32,000 bases of DNA from Breznakia blatticola (GTDB lineage: Bacteria; Bacillota_I; Bacilli_A; Erysipelotrichales; Erysipelotrichaceae). How positions within the stretch are numbered: position 1 is the stretch's first letter; every line of letters starts with the position of its first letter. The position numbers were made by a program, and so were the translations under genes. Below are positions 22,664 through 30,126 of the stretch, one piece after another. The stretch spans positions 1 through 32,000 of the forward strand of contig NZ_SODD01000022.1 of the NCBI RefSeq assembly GCF_004365815.1, read 5' to 3'. Below the pieces are notes generated by a model. The model was not told the origin of the DNA, made no database searches, and saw only the letters and a program-made list of their open reading frames with translations.

Positions 22664-22729
22664 AAAAGATAGATACTGTCATTCGTTTTACATCAAACGA
22701 GTAGATGACAATAGCTATCTTTTCTTTTA
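22664..22729. terminator. Long imperfect hairpin plus T-tract ending the jet operon (convergent with the lipoprotein gene)
   Basis: aaaagatag...tgtcat.tcgttt / aaacga...atgaca...ctatctttt form nested inverted repeats over 22664-22723, followed by cttttac. Confidence 0.6.
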
Positions 22730-22873
22730 CAAATTTGTAGAATTACTAAAAAATTTCAAACTTCACTTACAAGTTGAATTGTATGTCGATACATAACACG
22801 TATGTCTATTTATATCCCACATGTATATTATTATCTATTCTTATTTATGACAACTAAAGCAAATAATCACAAC

Positions 22874-23434
22874 TTACTTTTTGGTGTAAATATCACTTTC
22901 TGCAGGCATCGCTTGTCCTGAAGTCATTCTAATTTTATCGTTATTAGTAGATACGATGATTGTTTTTTCACTTCCATCATCCGTAGGTACATAGCACTCA
23001 ATGTCTGTTCCAGGAAGATAAATTCCAACAGCAAATCCGCCTACTGAATCTTTATTACCAATACCCCACCAGAAATAATTATTCATTTCATTGTAGTCGA
23101 TAGATGATGCAATCTGACTGCTTGAATCATCACCAAATTCAGGATCGTGGAAATATACTGTTCCATCCATGTTTATCGTAACTACATCGCCGTTAGAGTT
23201 TACGTAATCTCCAGCAATCGAAGTTCGGTCGTTATTAAGCAACTCATTCTTTATTGTTTCATTATCTTTAGTTGGATCAGTTTCAACTGGTTGTTTTGAT
23301 TCTTCATTATTTGAGTCCTCTTTTTTTACCTCATTTGCTTCTTCTTTCTTATCCGTTTCATTTGCTGATTTCCCATTTGCAAAACATCCTGTACTCAATA
23401 ATAATACTAGGACCAATAATAATTTCTTTTTCAT
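22874..23434 (-). CDS. Secreted lipoprotein of unknown function
   Basis: 186 aa. Signal peptide MKKKLLLVLVLLLSTGC with a lipobox Cys, then an acidic/Asn-rich linker, then a domain of about 110 aa (...YFWWGIGNKDSVGGFAVGIY...). AAGGAGA RBS present. Confidence 0.75.
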   Translation of the reverse strand: MKKKLLLVLVLLLSTGCFANGKSANETDKKEEANEVKKEDSNNEESKQPVETDPTKDNETIKNELLNNDRTSIAGDYVNSNGDVVTINMDGTVYFHDPEFGDDSSSQIASSIDYNEMNNYFWWGIGNKDSVGGFAVGIYLPGTDIECYVPTDDGSEKTIIVSTNNDKIRMTSGQAMPAESDIYTKK

Positions 23435-23595
23435 AGATTATCTCCTTTACATATGATTGTTCTTCTATAATCATAATATCACAAAAACAATAAAGTTTTG
23501 ACGTTAAAAGTATCTATGATAGGAAGCAGCTATCGTTAATGATGATTTAAAGTTATTGCAAAGTATTGATTATTAAAGTGAAAGTGCTGGCTGTG

Positions 23596-23628
23596 AAAAA
23601 AGAGTCTATAAGCTTATTTTAAAGACTC
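23596..23628 (-). terminator. Probable terminator of the small membrane-protein gene
   Basis: On the minus strand: GAGTCT, a 15-nt loop, AGACTC, then TTTTTT (plus-strand arms at 23602-23607 and 23623-23628; A-run at 23596-23601). The first arm overlaps the last codons of the gene. Confidence 0.4.
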
Positions 23629-23961
23629 ATTTGAAAATCGTTGTTTTAGTTTCTTATCTTCGTGTAAATACCAAGTTACATACAGTAAATAAGAAGCAAT
23701 TAGTAGTACTAAACCGATGGTATCGTTCGTGATATACGCATTAATAACAAATGGAAAATTTAGCACAATCCCTAAAGCGATTAGTGCTTTTTTTACAAGA
23801 ATTCTAGATTCATCCATATATTTTTCTTTTTTTTCATCATCCAATTTGTAATAAAATGTATAATCACCAAAAATCAGAGCCTTTTTGCTTGATAATCGAA
23901 TCCCATAAATTACAAATGCAATTGTCCAATATGCAATGTTGGTAATAACCATCCCTAACAT
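23614..23961 (-). CDS. Small integral membrane protein, unknown function
   Basis: About 115 aa with three or four hydrophobic helices. A GAGGGGA RBS 9 nt upstream supports the ATG at 23961 (MLGMVITN...) over the TTG at 23979 used by the ORF track. Confidence 0.55.
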   Translation of the reverse strand: MLGMVITNIAYWTIAFVIYGIRLSSKKALIFGDYTFYYKLDDEKKEKYMDESRILVKKALIALGIVLNFPFVINAYITNDTIGLVLLIASYLLYVTWYLHEDKKLKQRFSNESLK

Positions 23962-24057
23962 GAATTCACATCCCCTCAATGTTTGAAATTATTATAGCAT
24001 TGTCATTTTATGTCATCAACATTGGAAAGCTTGTGATGCGTTGATTACATAAACAAC

Positions 24058-24074
24058 TAACATTTTGACTGTTT
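24058..24074 (+). promoter_or_regulatory. Shared 17-mer taacattttgactgttt (copy 1): putative -35/operator of the alpha-galactosidase promoter
   Basis: Exact 17-nt identity with 27332-27348. It contains TTGACT and is followed 16-17 nt later by a weak -10 (TAACTC). It lies 77 nt before the ATG at 24151. Confidence 0.5.
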
Positions 24075-24104
24075 CTTACAACGAAGCTAACTCTTCGAAA
24101 GAAA

Positions 24105-24118
24105 TGAAAGGGATTACA
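24105..24118 (+). promoter_or_regulatory. cre-like box (CcpA site), one mismatch
   Basis: tgaaagggattaca against the consensus TGWAANCGNTNWCA. Only the central C is mismatched. It lies between the putative promoter and the RBS of the alpha-galactosidase gene. Confidence 0.35.
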
Positions 24119-24150
24119 ATCAACATATAGCTACAAGGAGGCATTATATA

Positions 24151-26370
24151 ATGATTGTAATCAATGAAAAGACAAAAGTGTTTCACCTACAAAATCATGA
24201 GATGAGTTACATTTTTGAAGTAATGAAAGATGGTTCATTAGGCAATTTATACTTTGGAAAAAAAGTACATGTTAGAGATCATTATGACTATCTACATGAA
24301 AGCGAATATCGTCCAAATACAGCATATGTGTATAAAGGAGAAGTTGACTTTTCTAGAGAGCATTTGCGGCAAGAGTTTCCTGTTTATGGATCTACTGATT
24401 TTCGACAACCAGCCATAACCGTTCAACAAGAAAATGGAAGTACGATTAGTGCATTTGTTTATGAAAGTCACAATGTGCTAAAAGGAAAACCAACATTAAA
24501 AGGGTTGCCTGCTACTTATGTTGAAAGCGATGATGAAGCAGAGACATTAGAAATCACACTGAAAGATCCAGTGACAAAATTACGTGTAGTATTGTCATAT
24601 TCAATTTATGAAAATTTACCAATCATCACTCGTAGTGTTCGTGTTCATAATGAGGGAACACAAAAACTTCATTTGCAACGATTGATGAGTATGTCATTAG
24701 ACTTACCAGATATGAAATATGAAATGTTGCAGTTATCAGGGGCATGGTGTCGTGAGAGAGTACCACACTTTCGTCCGTTAACTAGTGGTATTCAAGCAAT
24801 CGAAAGTAATCGAGGATCATCAAGTCACTATCAAAATCCATTTCTTGCATTGAAACGAGAAAATGCTACAGAACATTATGGAGAAGTAATTGGATTTAGT
24901 TTTGTGTATTCTGGTAATTTTCTAGCACAAGTTGAAGTAGATACATACGACGTTGCGCGTGTAAGTATGGGAATTAATCCGATGACCTTTGATTGGGTGC
25001 TAGAGCCTAATCAAAGTTTCCAAGCACCAGAGGTTGTCATTGCCTATAGTCAAAGTGGATTAAATGGCATGAGTCAGGCATTTCATACACTATATCGCAC
25101 ACGATTAGCTAGAGGTGTATGGAGAGATAAAGAACGTCCAGTCCTGATCAATAATTGGGAAGCAACTGGAATGAACTTTACTGAAGACTTACTTGTTACC
25201 TTTGCCAAGCAAGCTTACGAAGATGGTGTAGAATTGTTTGTGCTTGATGATGGTTGGTTTGGCGGCCGTCGTCATGAGCGTGCTGGTTTAGGTGACTGGG
25301 TAGCAAATAGTGATCTATTACCAAATGGAATACATGGATTAGCAAATCGTATTGAAGAGATAGGATTGAAATTTGGATTGTGGTTTGAACCAGAAATGGC
25401 AAATGAAGACAGTGATTTGTATCGCAAGCATCCGGATTGGATTATTCAAACGCCAGATCGTTCTTGTTCACATGGCCGCCATCAATATGTTTTAGATTAT
25501 TCTCAAAAACAAGTAGTTGATGCTATATATGAAATGATGGCGAAAATTCTTCGTGAATCAAAAGTTTCTTACATTAAGTGGGATATGAATCGATGTATTA
25601 CAGAACCATATACATCATCTTTACCACCAGAGCGACAAGGAGAAGTGTTCCATAGATATATACTAGGTGTCTATGATTTGTATGAACGACTTACAAGTGA
25701 ATTTCCTGATATTTTATTTGAGTTTTGTGCATCAGGAGGTGGACGTTTTGATCCAGGAATGCTGTATTACTCGCCACAAGGTTGGGCAAGCGATGATTCG
25801 GACGCAATTGAGCGTTTAAAGATTCAATATGGTACTTCTATGGTATATCCACTTAGTTCGATTGGTGCACATGTATCAGTGAGTCCAAATGAACAAGTAT
25901 TTAGGGAAACACCAATTTCTACACGTGGAAATGTTGCCTACTTTGGTTCTTTTGGGTATGAATTAGATCCAACGAAATTATCGAAAGATGACCGCGAAAT
26001 GGTAAGACAACAAATTTCATTTGTGAAGCAATATCGAAAAATTATACACCAAGGTACCTTCTATCGACTGATGAGTCCATTTGAAGGAAATTACACTGCT
26101 TGGATGGTGGTTTCACAAGATCAGAAAACTGCAATCGTTGGATATTATAAAGTATTAAATGAAGTAAATGGACCATTTTCACGTTTATACTTACAAGGGT
26201 TGAATGAACAATATATGTATGAAGAAATTTCAAGTAAACAAGTTTACTATGGGGATGAACTACAAAATATTGGATTTGTAAGTAGTGATGCTTCTTGTGG
26301 GCAGGTGATTGATGGACGTCCAACATCACATGATTTTGATTCTAAGGTTTGGGTTTTCCAAGCAAAATAA
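24151..26370 (+). CDS. Alpha-galactosidase, glycoside hydrolase family 36
   Basis: 739 aa. Motifs: FVLDDGWFGGR, GLKFGLWFEPEM, YIKWDMNR and CASGGGRFD. The length is typical of bacterial GH36 AgaA/RafA/MelA-type enzymes. AAGGAGG RBS present. Confidence 0.9.
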   Translation: MIVINEKTKVFHLQNHEMSYIFEVMKDGSLGNLYFGKKVHVRDHYDYLHESEYRPNTAYVYKGEVDFSREHLRQEFPVYGSTDFRQPAITVQQENGSTISAFVYESHNVLKGKPTLKGLPATYVESDDEAETLEITLKDPVTKLRVVLSYSIYENLPIITRSVRVHNEGTQKLHLQRLMSMSLDLPDMKYEMLQLSGAWCRERVPHFRPLTSGIQAIESNRGSSSHYQNPFLALKRENATEHYGEVIGFSFVYSGNFLAQVEVDTYDVARVSMGINPMTFDWVLEPNQSFQAPEVVIAYSQSGLNGMSQAFHTLYRTRLARGVWRDKERPVLINNWEATGMNFTEDLLVTFAKQAYEDGVELFVLDDGWFGGRRHERAGLGDWVANSDLLPNGIHGLANRIEEIGLKFGLWFEPEMANEDSDLYRKHPDWIIQTPDRSCSHGRHQYVLDYSQKQVVDAIYEMMAKILRESKVSYIKWDMNRCITEPYTSSLPPERQGEVFHRYILGVYDLYERLTSEFPDILFEFCASGGGRFDPGMLYYSPQGWASDDSDAIERLKIQYGTSMVYPLSSIGAHVSVSPNEQVFRETPISTRGNVAYFGSFGYELDPTKLSKDDREMVRQQISFVKQYRKIIHQGTFYRLMSPFEGNYTAWMVVSQDQKTAIVGYYKVLNEVNGPFSRLYLQGLNEQYMYEEISSKQVYYGDELQNIGFVSSDASCGQVIDGRPTSHDFDSKVWVFQAK

Positions 26371-26372
26371 AG

Positions 26373-26412
26373 AAATGACAACAGTCTAAGTTGATGGCTG
26401 TTGTCATTTTTT
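26373..26412. terminator. Bidirectional rho-independent terminator between the alpha-galactosidase and AraC genes
   Basis: aaatgacaacag (26373-26384) pairs with ctgttgtcattt (26398-26409), followed by a T-run. The A-rich left flank would serve the convergent minus-strand gene. Confidence 0.75.
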
Positions 26413-27306
26413 CTATTTCATGATTTTTGCGTCTTCATTGAGCATTAAGGATTCACCAGTTCTAGCAAACTCCTGTTGCTTTTCATACTCTTGTTTTCGA
26501 TATGTACTTGGTGTAACGCCTGTTTTTCTTTTGAAGGCTTTGGAAAAGACTAAAGGATCAAGATATCCACTATTTTCAGCAATTTCTTCAATCGTGAAAT
26601 TACTTAAACCAAGTAGTTCCTTTGCTCGAGTCAAACGATAGTCGGTTATATACTGTTGAAGTGTCACATTCATTTCTTTTTTAAATAATGAAGAAAGATA
26701 ACTTCTATTTAAGGATAAACTGTTTGCAAGTTCACTAATAGAAATCTTTGTTGCATAGTTTTCCTTTATGTAGTTAATAGTATCTTGGATGTAAGGATTG
26801 GCACTTTGATCTTTTGCGATAGTTGTGTGATCATCACTCAATTTAATAATTGAAAGCAAATGATATAAATGTGATGTTAACATGAGCTCATCTTGAATGA
26901 GAATTTGATCTATGCATAATATCTCTTCAATAATTGATTGAATACTTTCTATTTGGTCTACATGAAAGACAGGATGATACATATCATATCCCAACGCTTT
27001 CATGTATGCACTCGCATGTGTTCCAGAAAAAGCAATCCAGTAATACTCCCAAGGGTCGTCTTTATCAGCTTGATAAAAGGTTTGTATTTCTGGGGGAATA
27101 AGAAATCCCATGCCGCTTTCTAATTCAAAACGTTGATTTTCTAAATAGTAGACACCTTTTCCTTTTGTGATGACATGAAAAATGTAGTTTGGTCGAACTG
27201 CAGGACCATAACTATGGAGTGGACTACATTCTGCTTTACCTGCAAACAAAAGATTCAAATCACGGTGTTCATCAAAACCAAAAGTCTTTACATAACTTCT
27301 TTCCAT
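26413..27306 (-). CDS. AraC/XylS-family transcriptional regulator (MsmR/RafR-like)
   Basis: 297 aa. N-terminal cupin-like sugar-binding half. C-terminal double HTH (ISELANSLSLNRSYLSSLFKKE...TIEEIAENSGYLDPLVFSKAFKRKTGVTPSTYR). Divergent from the sugar symporter gene. Confidence 0.9.
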   Translation of the reverse strand: MERSYVKTFGFDEHRDLNLLFAGKAECSPLHSYGPAVRPNYIFHVITKGKGVYYLENQRFELESGMGFLIPPEIQTFYQADKDDPWEYYWIAFSGTHASAYMKALGYDMYHPVFHVDQIESIQSIIEEILCIDQILIQDELMLTSHLYHLLSIIKLSDDHTTIAKDQSANPYIQDTINYIKENYATKISISELANSLSLNRSYLSSLFKKEMNVTLQQYITDYRLTRAKELLGLSNFTIEEIAENSGYLDPLVFSKAFKRKTGVTPSTYRKQEYEKQQEFARTGESLMLNEDAKIMK

Positions 27307-27331
27307 ACACGTATCCCTCTAACACAAAATA

Positions 27332-27348
27332 TAACATTTTGACTGTTT
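27332..27348 (+). promoter_or_regulatory. Shared 17-mer taacattttgactgttt (copy 2): putative -35/operator of the symporter promoter
   Basis: Exact copy of 24058-24074, in the same orientation. Located in the AraC/symporter divergent region. TTGACT is followed 16 nt later by TACTCT. Confidence 0.5.
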
Positions 27349-27368
27349 ATGAAAACATTATACTCTAC

Positions 27369-27382
27369 TGTAATCGCTTTCA
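27369..27382 (+). promoter_or_regulatory. cre box (CcpA catabolite-responsive element), perfect consensus match
   Basis: tgtaatcgctttca fits TGWAANCGNTNWCA at every constrained position. It sits just downstream of the putative -10. Confidence 0.6.
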
Positions 27383-27438
27383 CAATACTATACTTTAGTT
27401 AAGGATAAGCGCGCACCTTGATTAGGAGGAAATGTATT

Positions 27439-28866
27439 ATGAAAGTACCTTTTAGACAAAAATATTCCTTTGGGCTAGGAGCCTTAGGGAAAGATGCAGT
27501 TATATGTTTTGTGGGAACCTTTTTATCGTATTACTTAACAGATGTATTATATTTAGCACCAGCATTTGTTGGATCACTATTCTTTGGTGCTCGTATTTGG
27601 GATGCCATTAATGATCCGATTATGGGGATGTTTATTGACAACACACGTACTCGATTTGGAAAGTTTCGAATTTGGTTAACGATTGGAACATTATTAAATG
27701 CGGTGGCATTTATCTTATTGTTTACTAACTTTGGATTAACTGGAACCAACTTGTATATCTATATTGCAGTTGCATATGTTGTGTTTGGAATGACATACAC
27801 GATTATGGATGTTCCATATTGGTCATGGTTACCTAACTTAACAAATGATCCTGAAGAACGAGAAAAAGTATCCGTAATTCCTAGAATCTTTGCAAGTTTG
27901 GCAGGGTTATTAGTTGGAACATTTGGATTACAAGCAGTTCAAAGTCTAGGAAATGGAAATGAGCAAACAGGATTCTTTATCATTTCAATTCTTATTAGTA
28001 TCTTCTTTATTATCACAATTGGAATTACAGTAACCAATGTTCCAGAAAAATCTACACTTAACCAAGAAAAGGGAGCAAAGATTACATTAAAGAAGATGAT
28101 TCAAGTTATCACGAAAAATGATCAATTATTGGCTTTTATTGGCTTGTTGTTAACATTTAACTTAGCAATTCAAATATTGAATGGATTTATGATTTACTAC
28201 TTTAAATATGTAGTAGGAAATGAAACATTCTTCTCACTATTCTTCTTTACGATTTTCGCAGAAATGTTAGGTTTAATGTTATTTCCAAAAGTTAGTCAAT
28301 TATTATCAAGAGAAAAAACCTATGTTGTAGCATGTGGAATGCCAATTATTGGAATGTTATTGTTATTTATCTCTGGAATGTATGCACCAAATAATGTAGT
28401 ACTTGTCATGGGGTCAGGTCTTATTTTGAAATTTGGTTCAGGTCTATCTTTAGGGGTTACAACAGTTGCAATTGCCGATTGTATTGATTATGGGGAATTA
28501 AAATTTGGAACAAGAAATGAAAGTATTATCTGTTCAGCACAAACATTCTTAATGAAACTTGCACAAGCAGTTTCTGGATTATTAACAGGAGTTGGATTGT
28601 CGTTGGTTGGTTATGTACCAAATGTACAACAATCAGCATCTGCAATTACTGGAATTCGTGTGTTAACATGTATTGTCCCAATAATCTTTGTTATTTTGAG
28701 TTTAGCAATCTACCGTAAGTTCTATAAATTAAAAGGAGCACGTCTACAACAGTTATCTTTAGATGTTCAAGAATTACACGAAAAAGAACAGACTAAAACT
28801 GAAAATGTAGAAATGCCAAGTGAAGCAAACGTTGAATCAGGAACACTTGCAAGTGAATCTCAGTAA
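27439..28866 (+). CDS. GPH-family (glycoside-pentoside-hexuronide:cation) sugar symporter, MelB/RafP-like
   Basis: About 475-aa, 12-TM protein with the WDAINDPIMGMFIDNTRTRFGKFR motif characteristic of GPH/MFS_2 transporters. An AGGAGG RBS 8 nt before the ATG at 27439 supports that start over the TTG at 27418 used by the track. Confidence 0.85.
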   Translation: MKVPFRQKYSFGLGALGKDAVICFVGTFLSYYLTDVLYLAPAFVGSLFFGARIWDAINDPIMGMFIDNTRTRFGKFRIWLTIGTLLNAVAFILLFTNFGLTGTNLYIYIAVAYVVFGMTYTIMDVPYWSWLPNLTNDPEEREKVSVIPRIFASLAGLLVGTFGLQAVQSLGNGNEQTGFFIISILISIFFIITIGITVTNVPEKSTLNQEKGAKITLKKMIQVITKNDQLLAFIGLLLTFNLAIQILNGFMIYYFKYVVGNETFFSLFFFTIFAEMLGLMLFPKVSQLLSREKTYVVACGMPIIGMLLLFISGMYAPNNVVLVMGSGLILKFGSGLSLGVTTVAIADCIDYGELKFGTRNESIICSAQTFLMKLAQAVSGLLTGVGLSLVGYVPNVQQSASAITGIRVLTCIVPIIFVILSLAIYRKFYKLKGARLQQLSLDVQELHEKEQTKTENVEMPSEANVESGTLASESQ

Positions 28867-29485
28867 TAAGATTTTACAAGTACGACTTGTCATTAGCGGT
28901 GTAATTATACTAAGTTTAGGAATTGCTTGTATGCGTTATAGTATGCAAGGAACTGATCCATTTGTGACGATGAATATAGGAATTGCACAATCACTTCAAG
29001 TTAACTTTGGTACAGTTCAAATGATTGCAAATGTTATCTTACTTTTAGTGATGATTCGATATGCACGTTCCATGATTCATCTGGGAACATTTCTAGGAGT
29101 ATTTACTGTTGGATATTTAGCGGATTTCATGTTTAGCTACATTCAACAAATTCCATATTCCACAGTAACAATAATTTGTTTTTGCGCATTTGGTTTACTT
29201 GCATGTTGCTTTGGTGCAGCATTATATATGTCGGGGGACTTAGGGATAGCACCATATGATGCATTTGGACTTATTATTGAAACAAAACTTCATGTAAAAA
29301 TCCCATTTCGATGGATTCGAATCATTAGTGACTGCATTTGTGTGATTATTGGTTTTGTTTTAGGTGCTCCAATCGGAGTAGGAACACTTATTACAGCATT
29401 CTGTACAGGTCCTCTTATTACGTACTTTCGAACACTTATTAATCAACGAATAAAAGAGAGAACAAAATGTACAGTAGTCGTATAA
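28853..29485 (+). CDS. YczE-like (COG2364-type) integral membrane protein, start uncertain
   Basis: Two internal repeats, each with a G(T/I)(D/A)P(F/Y)D-type loop (QGTDPFVTM and LGIAPYDAF) between hydrophobic helices. The ORF is open from the GTG at 28820. AGGAA at 28839-28843 best fits the GTG at 28853. Either start overlaps the symporter 3' end. Confidence 0.5.
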   Translation: MNLSNKILQVRLVISGVIILSLGIACMRYSMQGTDPFVTMNIGIAQSLQVNFGTVQMIANVILLLVMIRYARSMIHLGTFLGVFTVGYLADFMFSYIQQIPYSTVTIICFCAFGLLACCFGAALYMSGDLGIAPYDAFGLIIETKLHVKIPFRWIRIISDCICVIIGFVLGAPIGVGTLITAFCTGPLITYFRTLINQRIKERTKCTVVV

Positions 29486-29538
29486 ATAATTATAGTAAGC
29501 AAAAAAGCACTATAGTGTGGGTTGCTTGAATATTAAAG

Positions 29539-29574
29539 AAAGGGCACTTGACAGAAACGTCGAGTGTCCTTTTA
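29539..29574 (+). terminator. Rho-independent terminator
   Basis: aaagggcacttgac (29539-29552) pairs with gtcgagtgtccttt (29559-29572), with two G:U pairs and a 6-nt loop. The T-run continues beyond the right arm. Confidence 0.7.
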
Positions 29575-29723
29575 GAAATATTTATAATGCATGTTTACAG
29601 CAATCATCTATTGCATTAACTTTGACATCTAACAAGACGATTTTTCACAAGCACTTTAGATGCAACAAAAGATATATAATGCTATCCTTTATATATAGAT
29701 AAAGAAATATATAGGAGGAAGAT

Positions 29724-30089
29724 ATGCAATTTGTTAAATGTGAAGGTTGCGATTCAATCGTAGCTGTGTTATCAGAAGGAAATGTTTGTGCAGGTAAGGA
29801 GAATGAAGTATTAGTACCTAATACATCAGATGGGGCTGGTGAAAAACACGTTCCATATATTGTTTCAAATGATGGAGACGTCTTAAAAGTACAAATCGGT
29901 GAAGTTGAACACCCAATGGTTGATGTTCACTGGATCGAAATGATCGTTGTAGAAACAAAGGATGGAATGATGATGAAACGTTTACACCCAGGTGATAAAC
30001 CATATGTAGAATTCAACATCAAAGGTGAAGAAGTTGTTGCTGTATATGAATACTGTAACATCCACGGACTTTGGAAATTAGAAATGTAA
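29724..30089 (+). CDS. Superoxide reductase (desulfoferrodoxin/neelaredoxin family)
   Basis: 121 aa. Centre-II ligand motifs are present: GEKHVP, EHPM...VHWIE and YCNIHGLW (CNxHG). The N-terminal desulforedoxin-like segment is KCEGC...VCAG. AGGAGG RBS present. Confidence 0.85.
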   Translation: MQFVKCEGCDSIVAVLSEGNVCAGKENEVLVPNTSDGAGEKHVPYIVSNDGDVLKVQIGEVEHPMVDVHWIEMIVVETKDGMMMKRLHPGDKPYVEFNIKGEEVVAVYEYCNIHGLWKLEM

Positions 30090-30093
30090 TATA

Positions 30094-30123
30094 AAAGAGG
30101 CGGTTTCACACTGCCTCTTTGTC
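30094..30123. terminator. Terminator hairpin between convergent genes
   Basis: aaagaggc (30094-30101) pairs with gcctcttt (30113-30120), with an 11-nt loop. A/T tracts lie on both sides. Confidence 0.6.
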
Positions 30124-30126
30124 TAT

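Noticed and set aside
10694-22873. Search for direct or inverted repeats, att-like sites, an integrase or a tRNA flanking the SNF2/Wadjet block
   Set aside because: By eye, no repeated sequence of about 12 nt or more is shared between the left (10694-10976) and right (22541-22873) boundaries, and no mobility gene is present. I therefore do not call a mobile element.
25196-27398. ORFs 25196-25402(-), 26042-26329(-), 26420-26641(+), 26938-27123(+) and 27189-27398(+)
   Set aside because: They are antisense to the GH36 and AraC genes, or run through the divergent promoter region. They have no RBS or motifs.
29517-29702. 61-aa plus-strand ORF between the YczE-like gene and the SOR gene
   Set aside because: It has a non-ATG start and no RBS. 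It reads straight through a strong terminator hairpin (29539-29574), so it is most likely non-coding.
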